DNA from: a virus
Lineage: Duplodnaviria > Heunggongvirae > Uroviricota > Caudoviricetes
Strand: one strand, 5' to 3'
DNA: 39,841 nt
Virus record (IMG/VR): IMGVR_UViG_3300042260_000241
Both the position numbers and the translations under genes were made by a program. How positions within the stretch are numbered: position 1 is the stretch's first letter; every line of letters begins with the position of its first letter. The notes under the pieces were generated by a model, which made no database searches, was not told where the DNA came from, and saw only the letters and a list, made by a program, of their open reading frames with translations. Shown piece after piece: positions 23,682-33,886 of the stretch.

Positions 23682-26600
23682 ATGGCACTAAATTTTAACA
23701 TTGAACCGTTCTACGACGATTATTCTGAAGATAAGCAATTTTATAGAATTTTATTTCGTCCTGGATATGCTGTTCAGGCTAGAGAATTAACTCAGTTACA
23801 AACAATTCTTCAGCAACAAGTAAAACGTCATGGCGATCATATTTTTAAAAATGGTGCCATGGTTATTCCTGGTCAAGTTTCGTATGATTCTAAAACTGCA
23901 TACGTTAAGTTAAAACCAGAAATTTCTTCTAGCAGTATTGTTAAAACATTCTCTGTTTTATCTTCTACAATTGGTAAATTGTACAAAGGCCAGACATCTG
24001 GCGTTGAAGCTCTAGTCTTAACTGCTACTCCAGCAGAAGTTGTTGGAGGGGTGAGCGAGCCAGACACTCTATTTGTTAAGTATACACGCGGTTCTGGAAA
24101 GTTTACAGAAAACGAAATTATTAGTCCAGTAGATGGTTCTTCTGGTTTAGATTTAGTCGTACAAGCAAATGATGCTTTTGGTTTGGGCACTACTGCATCT
24201 ATTGAAAAGGGTGTCTATTATATTAAAGACAATTTCGTTTTAGTTCAAGCACAAACTATTGTATTATCTAAGTATTCTGGTGATGCTACTGCTAAAGCAG
24301 GTTTAAAAGTTATTGAAGAGATTCGATACCCAGAAGAAGACGAAAGTCTATTAGATAACGCATTGGGTTCTCCAAACTATGCAGCTCCAGGTGCAGCACG
24401 TTATTATATAGATCTACAATTGACAAGTGTAGAGTATGATGCTACTACAGATGATGGTGAATTCATCCCATTATTGACACTATTAGATGGCAAAGTTCAG
24501 TTCTTAGTTGACAAAACCGAATACGCACAAATTGAAAAAACACTAGCTCGTCGTACGTTTGACGAGTCTGGTGACTATGCTGTGCGTGATTTCCCAATTG
24601 AACTAAGAGAATATAGAAATAATGATAGAGGCATTTGGGAAAATAATGTTACGTATTTAAAAGGTGACATTGTTACTGCGAATTCATTGACATATAAATG
24701 TGTTGCTACACATAATTCACCTTCAACTGGTTCATTTGCAATAGGTTCTAATTGGATTGCTGATTCAACACCAGCATACAACTATGGCGTTAACATTGGT
24801 CCTACGTACTCGTTGACTCCAGAAACAGAAATTTCTCCACTAACTAATCTCATATCTTTAGCCATTGAACCTGGTAAAGCATATGTTCGTGGTTATGAAA
24901 TTGAAAAAATTGCTACTCAGTTTTTATCAATTAACAAGGCAAGAGATATTTCTGGTTATGAAACGCAATCGTTGGATACTAGTCCTGGAAACTATATTCT
25001 AATCAATTCACCACATGCGCTTCCTGACATTAATTATGATGTTACATTCTATGATAAGTATAGCGCAACAGATGGTACAGCACCAGCTGGCGCAAATCAA
25101 ATTGCTACTGCACGTGTAAAACAAATACAATATCATTCTGCTGGTGTTTACAAACTATTCTTATTCAATTTACAAGTAACAGCCGGAAAGAACTTCGCAA
25201 GAGATGCTAAGTTTGCGTATTCTGCAGGATCTGGTTCTAACGCAGCAACACGATTCTCGTCTAAACTTGATCCAGTCTTAGTTGAATTGAGTGGTACTGT
25301 TAGCGCATCTGCTTCTGCTACACTCACTGGTTTAAATACCACTTTCATTTCGCAATTAAAACAGTATGACTACGTGTCTGTTAACGGAACTGCGTATCAA
25401 GTCACTGGTGCTATTAGTTCCAATAACTCAATCACCATTGATACTGCAGTTACAGTGACTGCTGGAACAAAGATTTACCGTGTAGAAACACAGATTGTAG
25501 ATCCAGACAATTTAAGCACAATATTTAGATTGCCTAGATACGCAGTTCAAGACACAAGAAATGTACACTATTCTTTCTATAAGAAAGCATCTAATGTTAC
25601 ATCTCCAATCACTTTAAACGAAACAGGTTATACTTTTGGTGTAACAACCGACAATAGAAACTACATTGTTGTAGATAGAAGTACTGGTAATTTCTTAACT
25701 TATACTTCTGGTACACCTTCTACAGGTCAATATTCAGTAAGTGGTGCGGGTTCTGCAAGTGCAACATTTACAATGAATGGAACTGGTCCATTTGATATCA
25801 TTTACAATATCCGCAAATCAGCAGATGGTTCTACTGCGAAATTGAAGCAATTGACTTCTATTACAGAAACAGTTGCTTTAGTGAATGGTGCAGCGACTTT
25901 AAGTAAAGCAGATGGTTTTGAATTAGTCTCTGTTGTAAGTGGATCTACAAATGTTACATCTAGTTTTAACTTTGATGGTGGTAAGAGAGATTCTCACTAT
26001 GATCTATGTAAGATTAGTTTAGTTGCAGGTGCTAGCGTTACTGGCAACGTCGTAGTAACTTATAACTATTTCTATCATCAGGCCGGTGGCGATTACTACG
26101 CAGTGGATTCTTACACACATGGAAGTTCTAATGTAGAGTATGGTGAATTGACTAATAATATGATCAATTCAATTGATTTCAGACCTGTTAGAAATACAGA
26201 TGGAACTTTCTCATCTGGTGTTGTTACACCAAAATACGGCGAAGAAACAGACGTACAATACGCTTACTATCTCGGTAGAATCGACAAACTATCATTAGAT
26301 TATTCTGGTCAGTTTATCATTACTGAAGGTATTCCATCTGTTTCTCCAAAAGAACCAGATTCTCCTAAGAATGCAATGGATCTATACACATTTGATATAG
26401 AACCATACACTTTCTCTGGCAACTCTAATTCTATTAAAGTTAATGCAATTGAAAATAAGCGTTATACGATGAGAGACATTGGTCGCTTAGAAAATCGCAT
26501 TAAAAACCTAGAGTATTATACAACTCTTTCGTTGTTAGAGCAAAACACTGCAAACGTAAAAGCATACGATGAATATGGTTTAGAGCGTCCACAAAATGGT

Positions 26601-29246
26601 TTCATGGTAGATTCATTTGTTGGACAAGGTATTGGTAATACTGCATCCAATGATTGGAAAGCTTCTATTGATGTTACATCCGGTGAATTACGTCCAACTT
26701 TCACTCAGAATAATATTGCGTTATATGAAAGTATTGGCACAAACTTAAGTCGTGTTGGAAGAAACTATAGTGTCTTTGGCGATCTATTGATGCTAAAGAT
26801 TCAGTCTACAACTCCACTTGTTTCTCAATTACGTGCATCACATGCTGAATCTGTTAATCCATTTAACATTTTCACCTTTGCTGGAACATTAGAAATCAAT
26901 CCATGGAGTGATACATGGTTCGAGACTGCTCGTCGTCCAGACGTTATCATCAACGATAATAGTAAGTATGATGCAGTTGTTAAGAAAGCACAAGCAGATG
27001 GCGTACTAGGTACTGTTTGGAAACTTTGGCAAACTAACTGGCAAGGTGAAGTTGCTGGTAAATCTACTTCTGCTCGTCAACAAGGATACGGTTGGCAAAC
27101 TCCTGCAAATCAGACTAATAGAGTTATTGGCGGTTTAGACACTGGTACTGGTGCATATTCATCAAGTGCAGGTGCGATTCGTGACGTTACTGTTACAGCA
27201 TATGCACAATCTGGTACAGAAATCTATAAAGGCACAAATACTTACATTAAACCTACAGTTACAAATACTGTAATAAGTGATAGAATCGTAAGTACAGAAG
27301 TTATCCCCTATATGCGTTCTCGTAAGATCCTATTCCGTGGAGAAGGATTTAAGCCAGAAACACGCATGTACTCATTCTTCGATGGAGCTAACGTAGATTC
27401 ATTCATCACTCCATCTAAAGTTATGGTTTACGTACCTTATGGTACAACAACTATACCTAAATTTGCGACAGATGTTAATGTTGGTTCTAACATCAATTCT
27501 GATGCTCGTAAAGTTAGCAATGATGTAACTGGTGCATATTCTTATGGTGAAGTACTTCGTGAATATGTTTCTATAAATGGTGGTACTCCAACTGCAACTG
27601 GTGTTACATGTATTGTTGTTGGACAAGAATCTTATGGCGGCATAAACTATGCGTATGTCGATAATATTCTTGGCGGTTCATTACATTCTTCTACTTCTAC
27701 AAACGTATATTACTTAGAAGCAGAATTCAGTAGCACTCGTAAAGTTCAACTAGTTACACTAACAACACCTACTGTATTAACTACAACTCATACTGGTCAA
27801 TTATTTGGAACTTACACAATTCCAAATAATACACAAATGAGTTTTAGAACAGGTACACGCAGATTGCGTTTCACCGATACTCCAGATAATGTTCGTGCAA
27901 ATGAATCTACTTCAGCAGAAAGCACATATAGCGCTAAAGGTCTTATTAACACATATGAAAGAACAATTCTTTCAACTAAAACGGCAGAAGTTGTTACTGA
28001 ACAATTGACTGATCGTACAGAAGCAGTTAATAGATCGTTCTCACGTATTACTCGTGACACTGGTTGGTATGATCCTTTGGCAGAAACATTCCTAGTTGAT
28101 GTTGAAGGCGGTGTGTTTGTTACTGACGTCGACTTATACTTCTCTGCTAAAGATACTAATGTACCAGTAAAAGTACAAATTAGAAATACTGATAATGGAT
28201 ATCCAGGTTCTACTATTCTTCCTTATAGCGAAGTAATATTACAACCTTCGAGCGTTAATGTAGATTCTACTGGTCAAACAGCAACAAAGTTTACATTTAA
28301 AGCGCCAGTGTATTTACAAAGTGGTGTTGAATATGCAGTTGTTGTTCTTTCTGATTCTGCTAAATATAAGGTATGGATTGCACAGGCTGGCGAAGTAGAT
28401 ATAAATGGTTCTGGTTTAATTTCTACACAACCATATGCAGGTGTCTTATTTAAATCACAGAATGGTTCTACATGGACTGCTGATCAAACACAAGATTTAA
28501 AGTTTAAATTGAATCGTGCAGTCTTTGGCGTTGGTTCCACTGCAACTGTTGATCTAATCAATCAACATGTGGCAAGTGACATTTATTACGATCTATACAA
28601 CTTAGACGTTAATAAGATTGTACTTGCAGATACATCTGTTACTGCAACAGTTGGTAGTGTTCCAGTAAATCTTGGTGAAAACGTTTACTTAGATTCTATG
28701 GCAAAAATTGCCGATGCCACTGAAGAAAATGGGACTCCATCGTTTACTGCAACTCTAGCGTTAAGCACAAGTAAGGCAAACGTTTCTCCTGTTATTGATC
28801 TAAGCCGTTGTTCATTGACACTAGTTCATAACATTATTGATTCTACATCTAACTATGTAGAAAATCCATCTGAACATGATAATGAGAAATTCCCTGAAAT
28901 TGGATCTGCATTAGCGAAGTATGTAACAAAACAAGTTCGTTTAAACCAATCTGCAACAAACCTTCGTGTATTGTTTGATGCAAACGTTCCTAACGATGCT
29001 GACGTTGATGTATATTATAGAGTTGGTAATTCTGCTGATGCGTCATTCTTTGATAGTGAATTTGTATTAGTCACAAGTTTTACAAAATCTATAATCAAAA
29101 CTGAAAATTCTGCAAAGTTTAGTGAAGCGGAAATTCAGTTAGAACTTCCAGCATTTGATGCAGTTCAAGTTAAGTTAGTTTTGAAATCAGTAAATAGTTC
29201 TAAAGTACCTCGTATTAAGGATTTAAGAGTTATTGCATATGCATGA
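23682..29246 (+). CDS. very large virion structural protein (DUF4815 / VrlC-like)
   Basis: FNIEPFYDDY...K.FYRILFRPGYAVQARELTQLQTILQ.Q, LARRTFDESGDY, KRYTMRDIG.LE.RIKNLEYYTTLSLLE, DPLAETF, QDLKF.L.RA, VPRIKDLRVIA. GATAAATA at 23627-23634. Confidence 0.85.
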   Translation: MALNFNIEPFYDDYSEDKQFYRILFRPGYAVQARELTQLQTILQQQVKRHGDHIFKNGAMVIPGQVSYDSKTAYVKLKPEISSSSIVKTFSVLSSTIGKLYKGQTSGVEALVLTATPAEVVGGVSEPDTLFVKYTRGSGKFTENEIISPVDGSSGLDLVVQANDAFGLGTTASIEKGVYYIKDNFVLVQAQTIVLSKYSGDATAKAGLKVIEEIRYPEEDESLLDNALGSPNYAAPGAARYYIDLQLTSVEYDATTDDGEFIPLLTLLDGKVQFLVDKTEYAQIEKTLARRTFDESGDYAVRDFPIELREYRNNDRGIWENNVTYLKGDIVTANSLTYKCVATHNSPSTGSFAIGSNWIADSTPAYNYGVNIGPTYSLTPETEISPLTNLISLAIEPGKAYVRGYEIEKIATQFLSINKARDISGYETQSLDTSPGNYILINSPHALPDINYDVTFYDKYSATDGTAPAGANQIATARVKQIQYHSAGVYKLFLFNLQVTAGKNFARDAKFAYSAGSGSNAATRFSSKLDPVLVELSGTVSASASATLTGLNTTFISQLKQYDYVSVNGTAYQVTGAISSNNSITIDTAVTVTAGTKIYRVETQIVDPDNLSTIFRLPRYAVQDTRNVHYSFYKKASNVTSPITLNETGYTFGVTTDNRNYIVVDRSTGNFLTYTSGTPSTGQYSVSGAGSASATFTMNGTGPFDIIYNIRKSADGSTAKLKQLTSITETVALVNGAATLSKADGFELVSVVSGSTNVTSSFNFDGGKRDSHYDLCKISLVAGASVTGNVVVTYNYFYHQAGGDYYAVDSYTHGSSNVEYGELTNNMINSIDFRPVRNTDGTFSSGVVTPKYGEETDVQYAYYLGRIDKLSLDYSGQFIITEGIPSVSPKEPDSPKNAMDLYTFDIEPYTFSGNSNSIKVNAIENKRYTMRDIGRLENRIKNLEYYTTLSLLEQNTANVKAYDEYGLERPQNGFMVDSFVGQGIGNTASNDWKASIDVTSGELRPTFTQNNIALYESIGTNLSRVGRNYSVFGDLLMLKIQSTTPLVSQLRASHAESVNPFNIFTFAGTLEINPWSDTWFETARRPDVIINDNSKYDAVVKKAQADGVLGTVWKLWQTNWQGEVAGKSTSARQQGYGWQTPANQTNRVIGGLDTGTGAYSSSAGAIRDVTVTAYAQSGTEIYKGTNTYIKPTVTNTVISDRIVSTEVIPYMRSRKILFRGEGFKPETRMYSFFDGANVDSFITPSKVMVYVPYGTTTIPKFATDVNVGSNINSDARKVSNDVTGAYSYGEVLREYVSINGGTPTATGVTCIVVGQESYGGINYAYVDNILGGSLHSSTSTNVYYLEAEFSSTRKVQLVTLTTPTVLTTTHTGQLFGTYTIPNNTQMSFRTGTRRLRFTDTPDNVRANESTSAESTYSAKGLINTYERTILSTKTAEVVTEQLTDRTEAVNRSFSRITRDTGWYDPLAETFLVDVEGGVFVTDVDLYFSAKDTNVPVKVQIRNTDNGYPGSTILPYSEVILQPSSVNVDSTGQTATKFTFKAPVYLQSGVEYAVVVLSDSAKYKVWIAQAGEVDINGSGLISTQPYAGVLFKSQNGSTWTADQTQDLKFKLNRAVFGVGSTATVDLINQHVASDIYYDLYNLDVNKIVLADTSVTATVGSVPVNLGENVYLDSMAKIADATEENGTPSFTATLALSTSKANVSPVIDLSRCSLTLVHNIIDSTSNYVENPSEHDNEKFPEIGSALAKYVTKQVRLNQSATNLRVLFDANVPNDADVDVYYRVGNSADASFFDSEFVLVTSFTKSIIKTENSAKFSEAEIQLELPAFDAVQVKLVLKSVNSSKVPRIKDLRVIAYA

Positions 29247-29463
29247 TTTTGTAAAAATCGAAAGTATGAACGGTATGGCTAGAGATATCTCTAGCCACGC
29301 TGTTATTTCTACATCAGTTGAAACATTTGAAGATTACCACAAAAGACGTCAGATTGCTAGACAAAAAAGTGGAATAATTGAAAAACAGCAAGCAGAAATA
29401 AACGAGTTAAAACAAGACTTAGAAGAAATAAAACAGATGCTTCAAGCATTGATAAAAAGGTAA
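29239..29463 (+). CDS. small coiled-coil hypothetical protein
   Basis: RD..SHAVI and C-terminal EINELKQDLEEIKQMLQAL; overlaps the upstream stop. Confidence 0.75.
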   Translation: MHDFVKIESMNGMARDISSHAVISTSVETFEDYHKRRQIARQKSGIIEKQQAEINELKQDLEEIKQMLQALIKR

Positions 29464-29466
29464 GAT

Positions 29467-31059
29467 ATGGCACTAGTTTTTAGAACCGATCAATCAACAC
29501 CATTGACAAACGACCAAGTAGATAATAACTTTAAGTATCTACGTGATCAGATCAATACAAAATATAGTACTAGCGATTTTACATCTGCTAATATTTCTCT
29601 TAAGTTGAGAACCCCAGGCGTTGGGCAATCTTCATATGAATTGTCACAATCAAACGCAATTAATGCATGGTCAATGCGTGATATGGAACCACTGAGTGGT
29701 TTACCAATTGTTAGTGATAAATCTTCTATTGTTTCACGTGATACGTATGGTAATATCACTGTGGCTACAGTGACAGGTAATTTAAGTGGAAATGCAGATA
29801 CTGCAACAGAAGCAAGTAGAGCTATCAAGTTAACTACTGCAAGAACAATCAATGGTGTTTCATTTGATGGATCTGCAAATATTACTGTTGCTGATTCAAC
29901 TAAATTACCACTTACTGGTGGAACTCTTTCTGGAAAATTAATTTTAAATGCGTCAACTGATGCATCTGCTTCTATAAATTTTGGCTCGAGTGCTATTGAA
30001 CCATTAAGTGGAAACAGAACAAATGGCGATATGTGGGCAACAACAAATGGTTTCTTTTATCACGTGCAAGGTAAAACAGATCAAGTTGCTCCGGTTGCGT
30101 CGCCTTCTTTTACTGGAATTCCTAAAGCTCCAGGATACAATGGCATTGCTTCTCAGATTATCACATTAACACATTTAGATAATGCTGTTACTACTTTAAA
30201 TGATTCTATAAACTTAAAAGCACCATTAAATTCTCCTGGATTAACTGGCACTCCAACAGCACCTACTCCAAGTTCTGATTCGAACAATACGACAATTTCT
30301 ACTACAGCTTTTGTGACAAATGCAGTTTCTGTAAAAGCTAGTGAAATTAAAACAGACTACGAGTCTTATACTACTAATGCTGTTGTAAACTATAGCAATG
30401 TAGTTAATGGTTTACTAAACCTTAAAGCTAATTTGAATTCTCCAGAATTTACTGGTACTCCATTAGCTCCAACTGCTCCATCTGGTACTAGTAACACACA
30501 ACTTGCAACTACAGCATTTACAACAAATGCAATTAGTGCAATGCAATCTGCTATAAATTCTGCCATAAATGCTCTTCAGGATGCGGTTAATTCAACAAGA
30601 CCAGTTCCTGTTGGCGCAGTATTCTATATGGCAAAAAGCACAGTGCCTTATGGTTACTTAGAAGCAAACGGTCAAGCAGTGTCTAGAACAACATATGCTG
30701 CACTTTGGCAATATCTTGGAAGTCCAAACTCGGGTGATGGTTCTACCACATTCAACCTACCAGACTATCGAGGCGAATTTATTAGAGGATGGGATCATGG
30801 CCGCGGTATAGATACCAATCGTGAACTTGGATCTATTCAGTATTCACAGAATTTAGAGCACAATCATGGAATGCCAGGTGACGATCAGCTAACATTTGCA
30901 AATGGTCACGGTGGTTGGACATCTAGTGCTAGAGGAAGTTTCCCATATGATGCAAGATCTTCATATGGTGGTGGCGGTGCAATTTGGAATACTACAATTG
31001 AAGGCGGAAACGAATCACGCCCACGAAACGTAGCTCTGATGCCTATCATCAAATGGTAA
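29467..31059 (+). CDS. tail fibre with collar domain (short-fibre type)
   Basis: Repeats of KA.LNSP..TGTP.APT....TTAF; collar VPVGAV...GYLEANGQAVSRTTYAAL...FNLPDYRGEFIRGWD.GRG.D; HNH; ESRPRNVAL..IIK. Confidence 0.88.
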   Translation: MALVFRTDQSTPLTNDQVDNNFKYLRDQINTKYSTSDFTSANISLKLRTPGVGQSSYELSQSNAINAWSMRDMEPLSGLPIVSDKSSIVSRDTYGNITVATVTGNLSGNADTATEASRAIKLTTARTINGVSFDGSANITVADSTKLPLTGGTLSGKLILNASTDASASINFGSSAIEPLSGNRTNGDMWATTNGFFYHVQGKTDQVAPVASPSFTGIPKAPGYNGIASQIITLTHLDNAVTTLNDSINLKAPLNSPGLTGTPTAPTPSSDSNNTTISTTAFVTNAVSVKASEIKTDYESYTTNAVVNYSNVVNGLLNLKANLNSPEFTGTPLAPTAPSGTSNTQLATTAFTTNAISAMQSAINSAINALQDAVNSTRPVPVGAVFYMAKSTVPYGYLEANGQAVSRTTYAALWQYLGSPNSGDGSTTFNLPDYRGEFIRGWDHGRGIDTNRELGSIQYSQNLEHNHGMPGDDQLTFANGHGGWTSSARGSFPYDARSSYGGGGAIWNTTIEGGNESRPRNVALMPIIKW

Positions 31060-31090
31060 TAAATAATAGAGATATTAAATAGGGCTTCAC

Positions 31091-33280
31091 ATGGCAAATA
31101 TTCTTTATAGAGGATCGGCAATACCATCAACAGTAAACTCTGCTGGTGGTAAGAATGCTGCGCTTACTAACGTAGAAATTGATCAAAACTTTTATGCATT
31201 AGAACGAGACAAGTTTGATAAAGTTCTTGGTGGAACTATCACTGGTAATGCTACATTTGCGTCTTCATCCACTGTAACGATTGATGGTAACCTTATCGTA
31301 AATGGTACTACAACTACGATCAATAGTACAACAGTAGACGTAGATGATATTAATATTACGTTAGGTTCTGTTGCAAGTCCATCTAATACTACTGCAAATG
31401 GTGGTGGTATCACTCTAAAAGGTACTACTGATAAGACCTTCAATTGGAGTAGTTCTACTTCCGCTTGGACTTCTTCTGAACATCTTTCTCTTGCATCTGG
31501 CAAAAATATATTATTAAATGGTTCTAGTTCCGGAACTATCACTCTTGCAGCTCCAGCGTCGGCAGGCGTTAACACGATTACATTCCAAGCTGCATCAGGA
31601 ACCGTAGCACATCTGAGTAACATTGGTGATGGTAGTATAACTGTCAACACTGGAAGTGGTTTAAGCGGTTCTGGCAGTTTTACTACTAATCAAAGTGGTA
31701 ATACTATCGTAACATTAAGTCACGCTGATACAAGTTCAGTTGCTGATTTAACTGCAGCGAATAATACATTTGTTTCAGGTATTACGTTTGATACGTTTGG
31801 ACATATTTTAACACGCACAACTGGTGCTGTAGACTTTACAGTATCAGCAAACTATGCATTCCAAAATATTGCTATTTCGTCTAATAGTGGATATACGTGG
31901 GGAACCGTTAATACAAACACTACTCAAGTAGCTGATTCCTCAAGTGATACGTTTACACTCGTTAACGGTGGTGGTATAAACTTATACACTTCTACTGTAA
32001 GTGGTACTGATGCTGTTCTTATTGAACATGCTGATACAAGTTCAGTTAGTAATTTAAGCGTTGATAATAGTAATGGTACAGTGCTTCAAGATATAGCACT
32101 TACTTTTGACACATATGGTCACGTAACTGGAATATCTGCTGCTTCATTAGACGGTGATGCACGTTGGGTTAATACATCTGGCGATACAATGACAGGTTTG
32201 TTGACAACACGTTCAACTGCTGGTGCCATGGCTGTAGCAACTCAAGGCACAGATGGTATTCAAGTTATTTCTGATGGAAGTAGTTCTGCAGCATATATGA
32301 CATTCCATCGTCCAGGTGCATATGCTGTACGATTTGGATTAGACACCGATAATATTTTAAAAGTTGGTGGTTGGTCAATGGGTGCTGCAGCGCACACCAT
32401 TTGGCATTCTGGCAATGATGGATCTGGTTCTGGTTTAGATGCAGATACTGTTGATGGTTTACATATTCATACTGGAAGAAACAACGAAGCAAACAGATTA
32501 GTTCGTACAGATGCAAGTGGTTATATCCAAGCTGGGTATATTAATTCGTCTTCAGGTGATGAAAAGAACGCAAGTAATCCTAGTTATGTATGGGGTACTA
32601 ATGGTTCTGACAGTTATTTACGTACATATAGTACTGGATCATTGAGTGTAAATTATGCAAATAGCGCAGGTTCTGCTGGTTCTGCTGGTTATACCACTAA
32701 ATTACGTCGTAGAGATGATGCGTCGGATTATAACGTTCAAACTTCGTGGGGAACAGATAAAACTGGTTATTGGTCACTAAGAGGATATTCTGGCGATACA
32801 TATCATGCCGGAGTATGGGTAGCTTGGGCCGGAGATGCTACAAACGCTGGCTATTCTTCTACAGTTGGTATTAACTATAGCAATGATTCAAATTCAACGT
32901 ATTCGATGCTATGGGGTTCTGGCAATAGCGTATATGGTACAGGTGGTATTTACTGTAATCCTTACACCGATATGGTGTATGCAGATTCTTTTAATGCTAC
33001 ATCGGATATCAGAAAAAAGCATAATATAAAAACAATTGATAATGCTTTATCTAAAGTTGAAGAACTTCGTGGTGTAAGTTTCACAATGAATGATTCTGGT
33101 AAGAATATGATTGGTGTTGTAGCTCAGGAAATTCTAGAAGTTATACCAGAAGTTGTAGATGAAGGTGCTGATGGCACTTTAACCGTCGCATATGGAAACA
33201 TTGTTGGTGTTCTAATTGAAGCAATTAAAGAATTAAATGCAAAAGTTGAAGATCTTCAAAATCAACTTGCAAATAAATAA
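31091..33280 (+). CDS. tail fibre with C-terminal intramolecular chaperone (peptidase S74)
   Basis: S/T/G-rich shaft, GSGSGLDADTVDG, TSDIRKKHNI...GVVAQE...VAYGNIVGVLIEAIKEL. AATAAATA at 31058-31065. Confidence 0.88.
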   Translation: MANILYRGSAIPSTVNSAGGKNAALTNVEIDQNFYALERDKFDKVLGGTITGNATFASSSTVTIDGNLIVNGTTTTINSTTVDVDDINITLGSVASPSNTTANGGGITLKGTTDKTFNWSSSTSAWTSSEHLSLASGKNILLNGSSSGTITLAAPASAGVNTITFQAASGTVAHLSNIGDGSITVNTGSGLSGSGSFTTNQSGNTIVTLSHADTSSVADLTAANNTFVSGITFDTFGHILTRTTGAVDFTVSANYAFQNIAISSNSGYTWGTVNTNTTQVADSSSDTFTLVNGGGINLYTSTVSGTDAVLIEHADTSSVSNLSVDNSNGTVLQDIALTFDTYGHVTGISAASLDGDARWVNTSGDTMTGLLTTRSTAGAMAVATQGTDGIQVISDGSSSAAYMTFHRPGAYAVRFGLDTDNILKVGGWSMGAAAHTIWHSGNDGSGSGLDADTVDGLHIHTGRNNEANRLVRTDASGYIQAGYINSSSGDEKNASNPSYVWGTNGSDSYLRTYSTGSLSVNYANSAGSAGSAGYTTKLRRRDDASDYNVQTSWGTDKTGYWSLRGYSGDTYHAGVWVAWAGDATNAGYSSTVGINYSNDSNSTYSMLWGSGNSVYGTGGIYCNPYTDMVYADSFNATSDIRKKHNIKTIDNALSKVEELRGVSFTMNDSGKNMIGVVAQEILEVIPEVVDEGADGTLTVAYGNIVGVLIEAIKELNAKVEDLQNQLANK

Positions 33281-33296
33281 GTAAGAGGTAAATAAT

Positions 33297-33638
33297 ATGG
33301 CAATGACCGCTTACTTAGATATAGATCAAGGTTCTGATTTTTCAGTTACTATTGATCTAGAAAATGACGATGGTACTCCAATGAATCTCTCAGGATGTCA
33401 AGTCTATTCGCAATTTAGAAAAAGTTTTAATGCAACAACTGCATATCAGTTTAATTGTGAAATATTAGATTCGATTAATGGGAAATTTCAATTAAAACTA
33501 GCTGGAATGACTTCTTCTAATATAAGACCAGGCAGATACTTATATGATGTTGAAATTCTCAATACATTAAACAATGCTAAAAGTAGAGTAGTCGAAGGCA
33601 TTGTAACGATCAATCCGGAAATAACTAAAATACCATGA
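33297..33638 (+). CDS. small virion/fibre adaptor-like protein
   Basis: IDQGSDFS, SQFRKS, GRYLYDVEI, RVVEGIVTINPEIT; GAGG RBS. Confidence 0.75.
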   Translation: MAMTAYLDIDQGSDFSVTIDLENDDGTPMNLSGCQVYSQFRKSFNATTAYQFNCEILDSINGKFQLKLAGMTSSNIRPGRYLYDVEILNTLNNAKSRVVEGIVTINPEITKIP

Positions 33639-33874
33639 AGGTAAAAGTATCAAACCAATCTTCTAAAGTAGTTTCTGTAAACACACAGGGAACTACTGAA
33701 GTTGTTTCTGTTGGAGTGCAAGGACCATCTGGTCCTAATAACATTTCTACTGCAACTGATGTAGACGTCAGTGATCTTGAGGATGGATCGGTTTTAGTAT
33801 ATAAAAGTAGTTCTCTAAAATGGAAAGCTACTAGAACTCTAGAACAACAAAATCTAGAGGGCGGACACTATTAA
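33635..33874 (+). CDS. small fibre-associated hypothetical protein
   Basis: GVQGPSGP, DVD...L.DGSVLVY.....KW, ends LEGGHY (compare IDGGTY in the next gene). Confidence 0.7.
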   Translation: MKVKVSNQSSKVVSVNTQGTTEVVSVGVQGPSGPNNISTATDVDVSDLEDGSVLVYKSSSLKWKATRTLEQQNLEGGHY

Positions 33875-33886
33875 AGGAAAAAATAA

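Noticed and set aside
23682-29246. Intein or intron explaining the size of the 1854-aa protein
   Set aside because: I saw no intein splice-junction or LAGLIDADG/HNH motifs, and the frame is uninterrupted.
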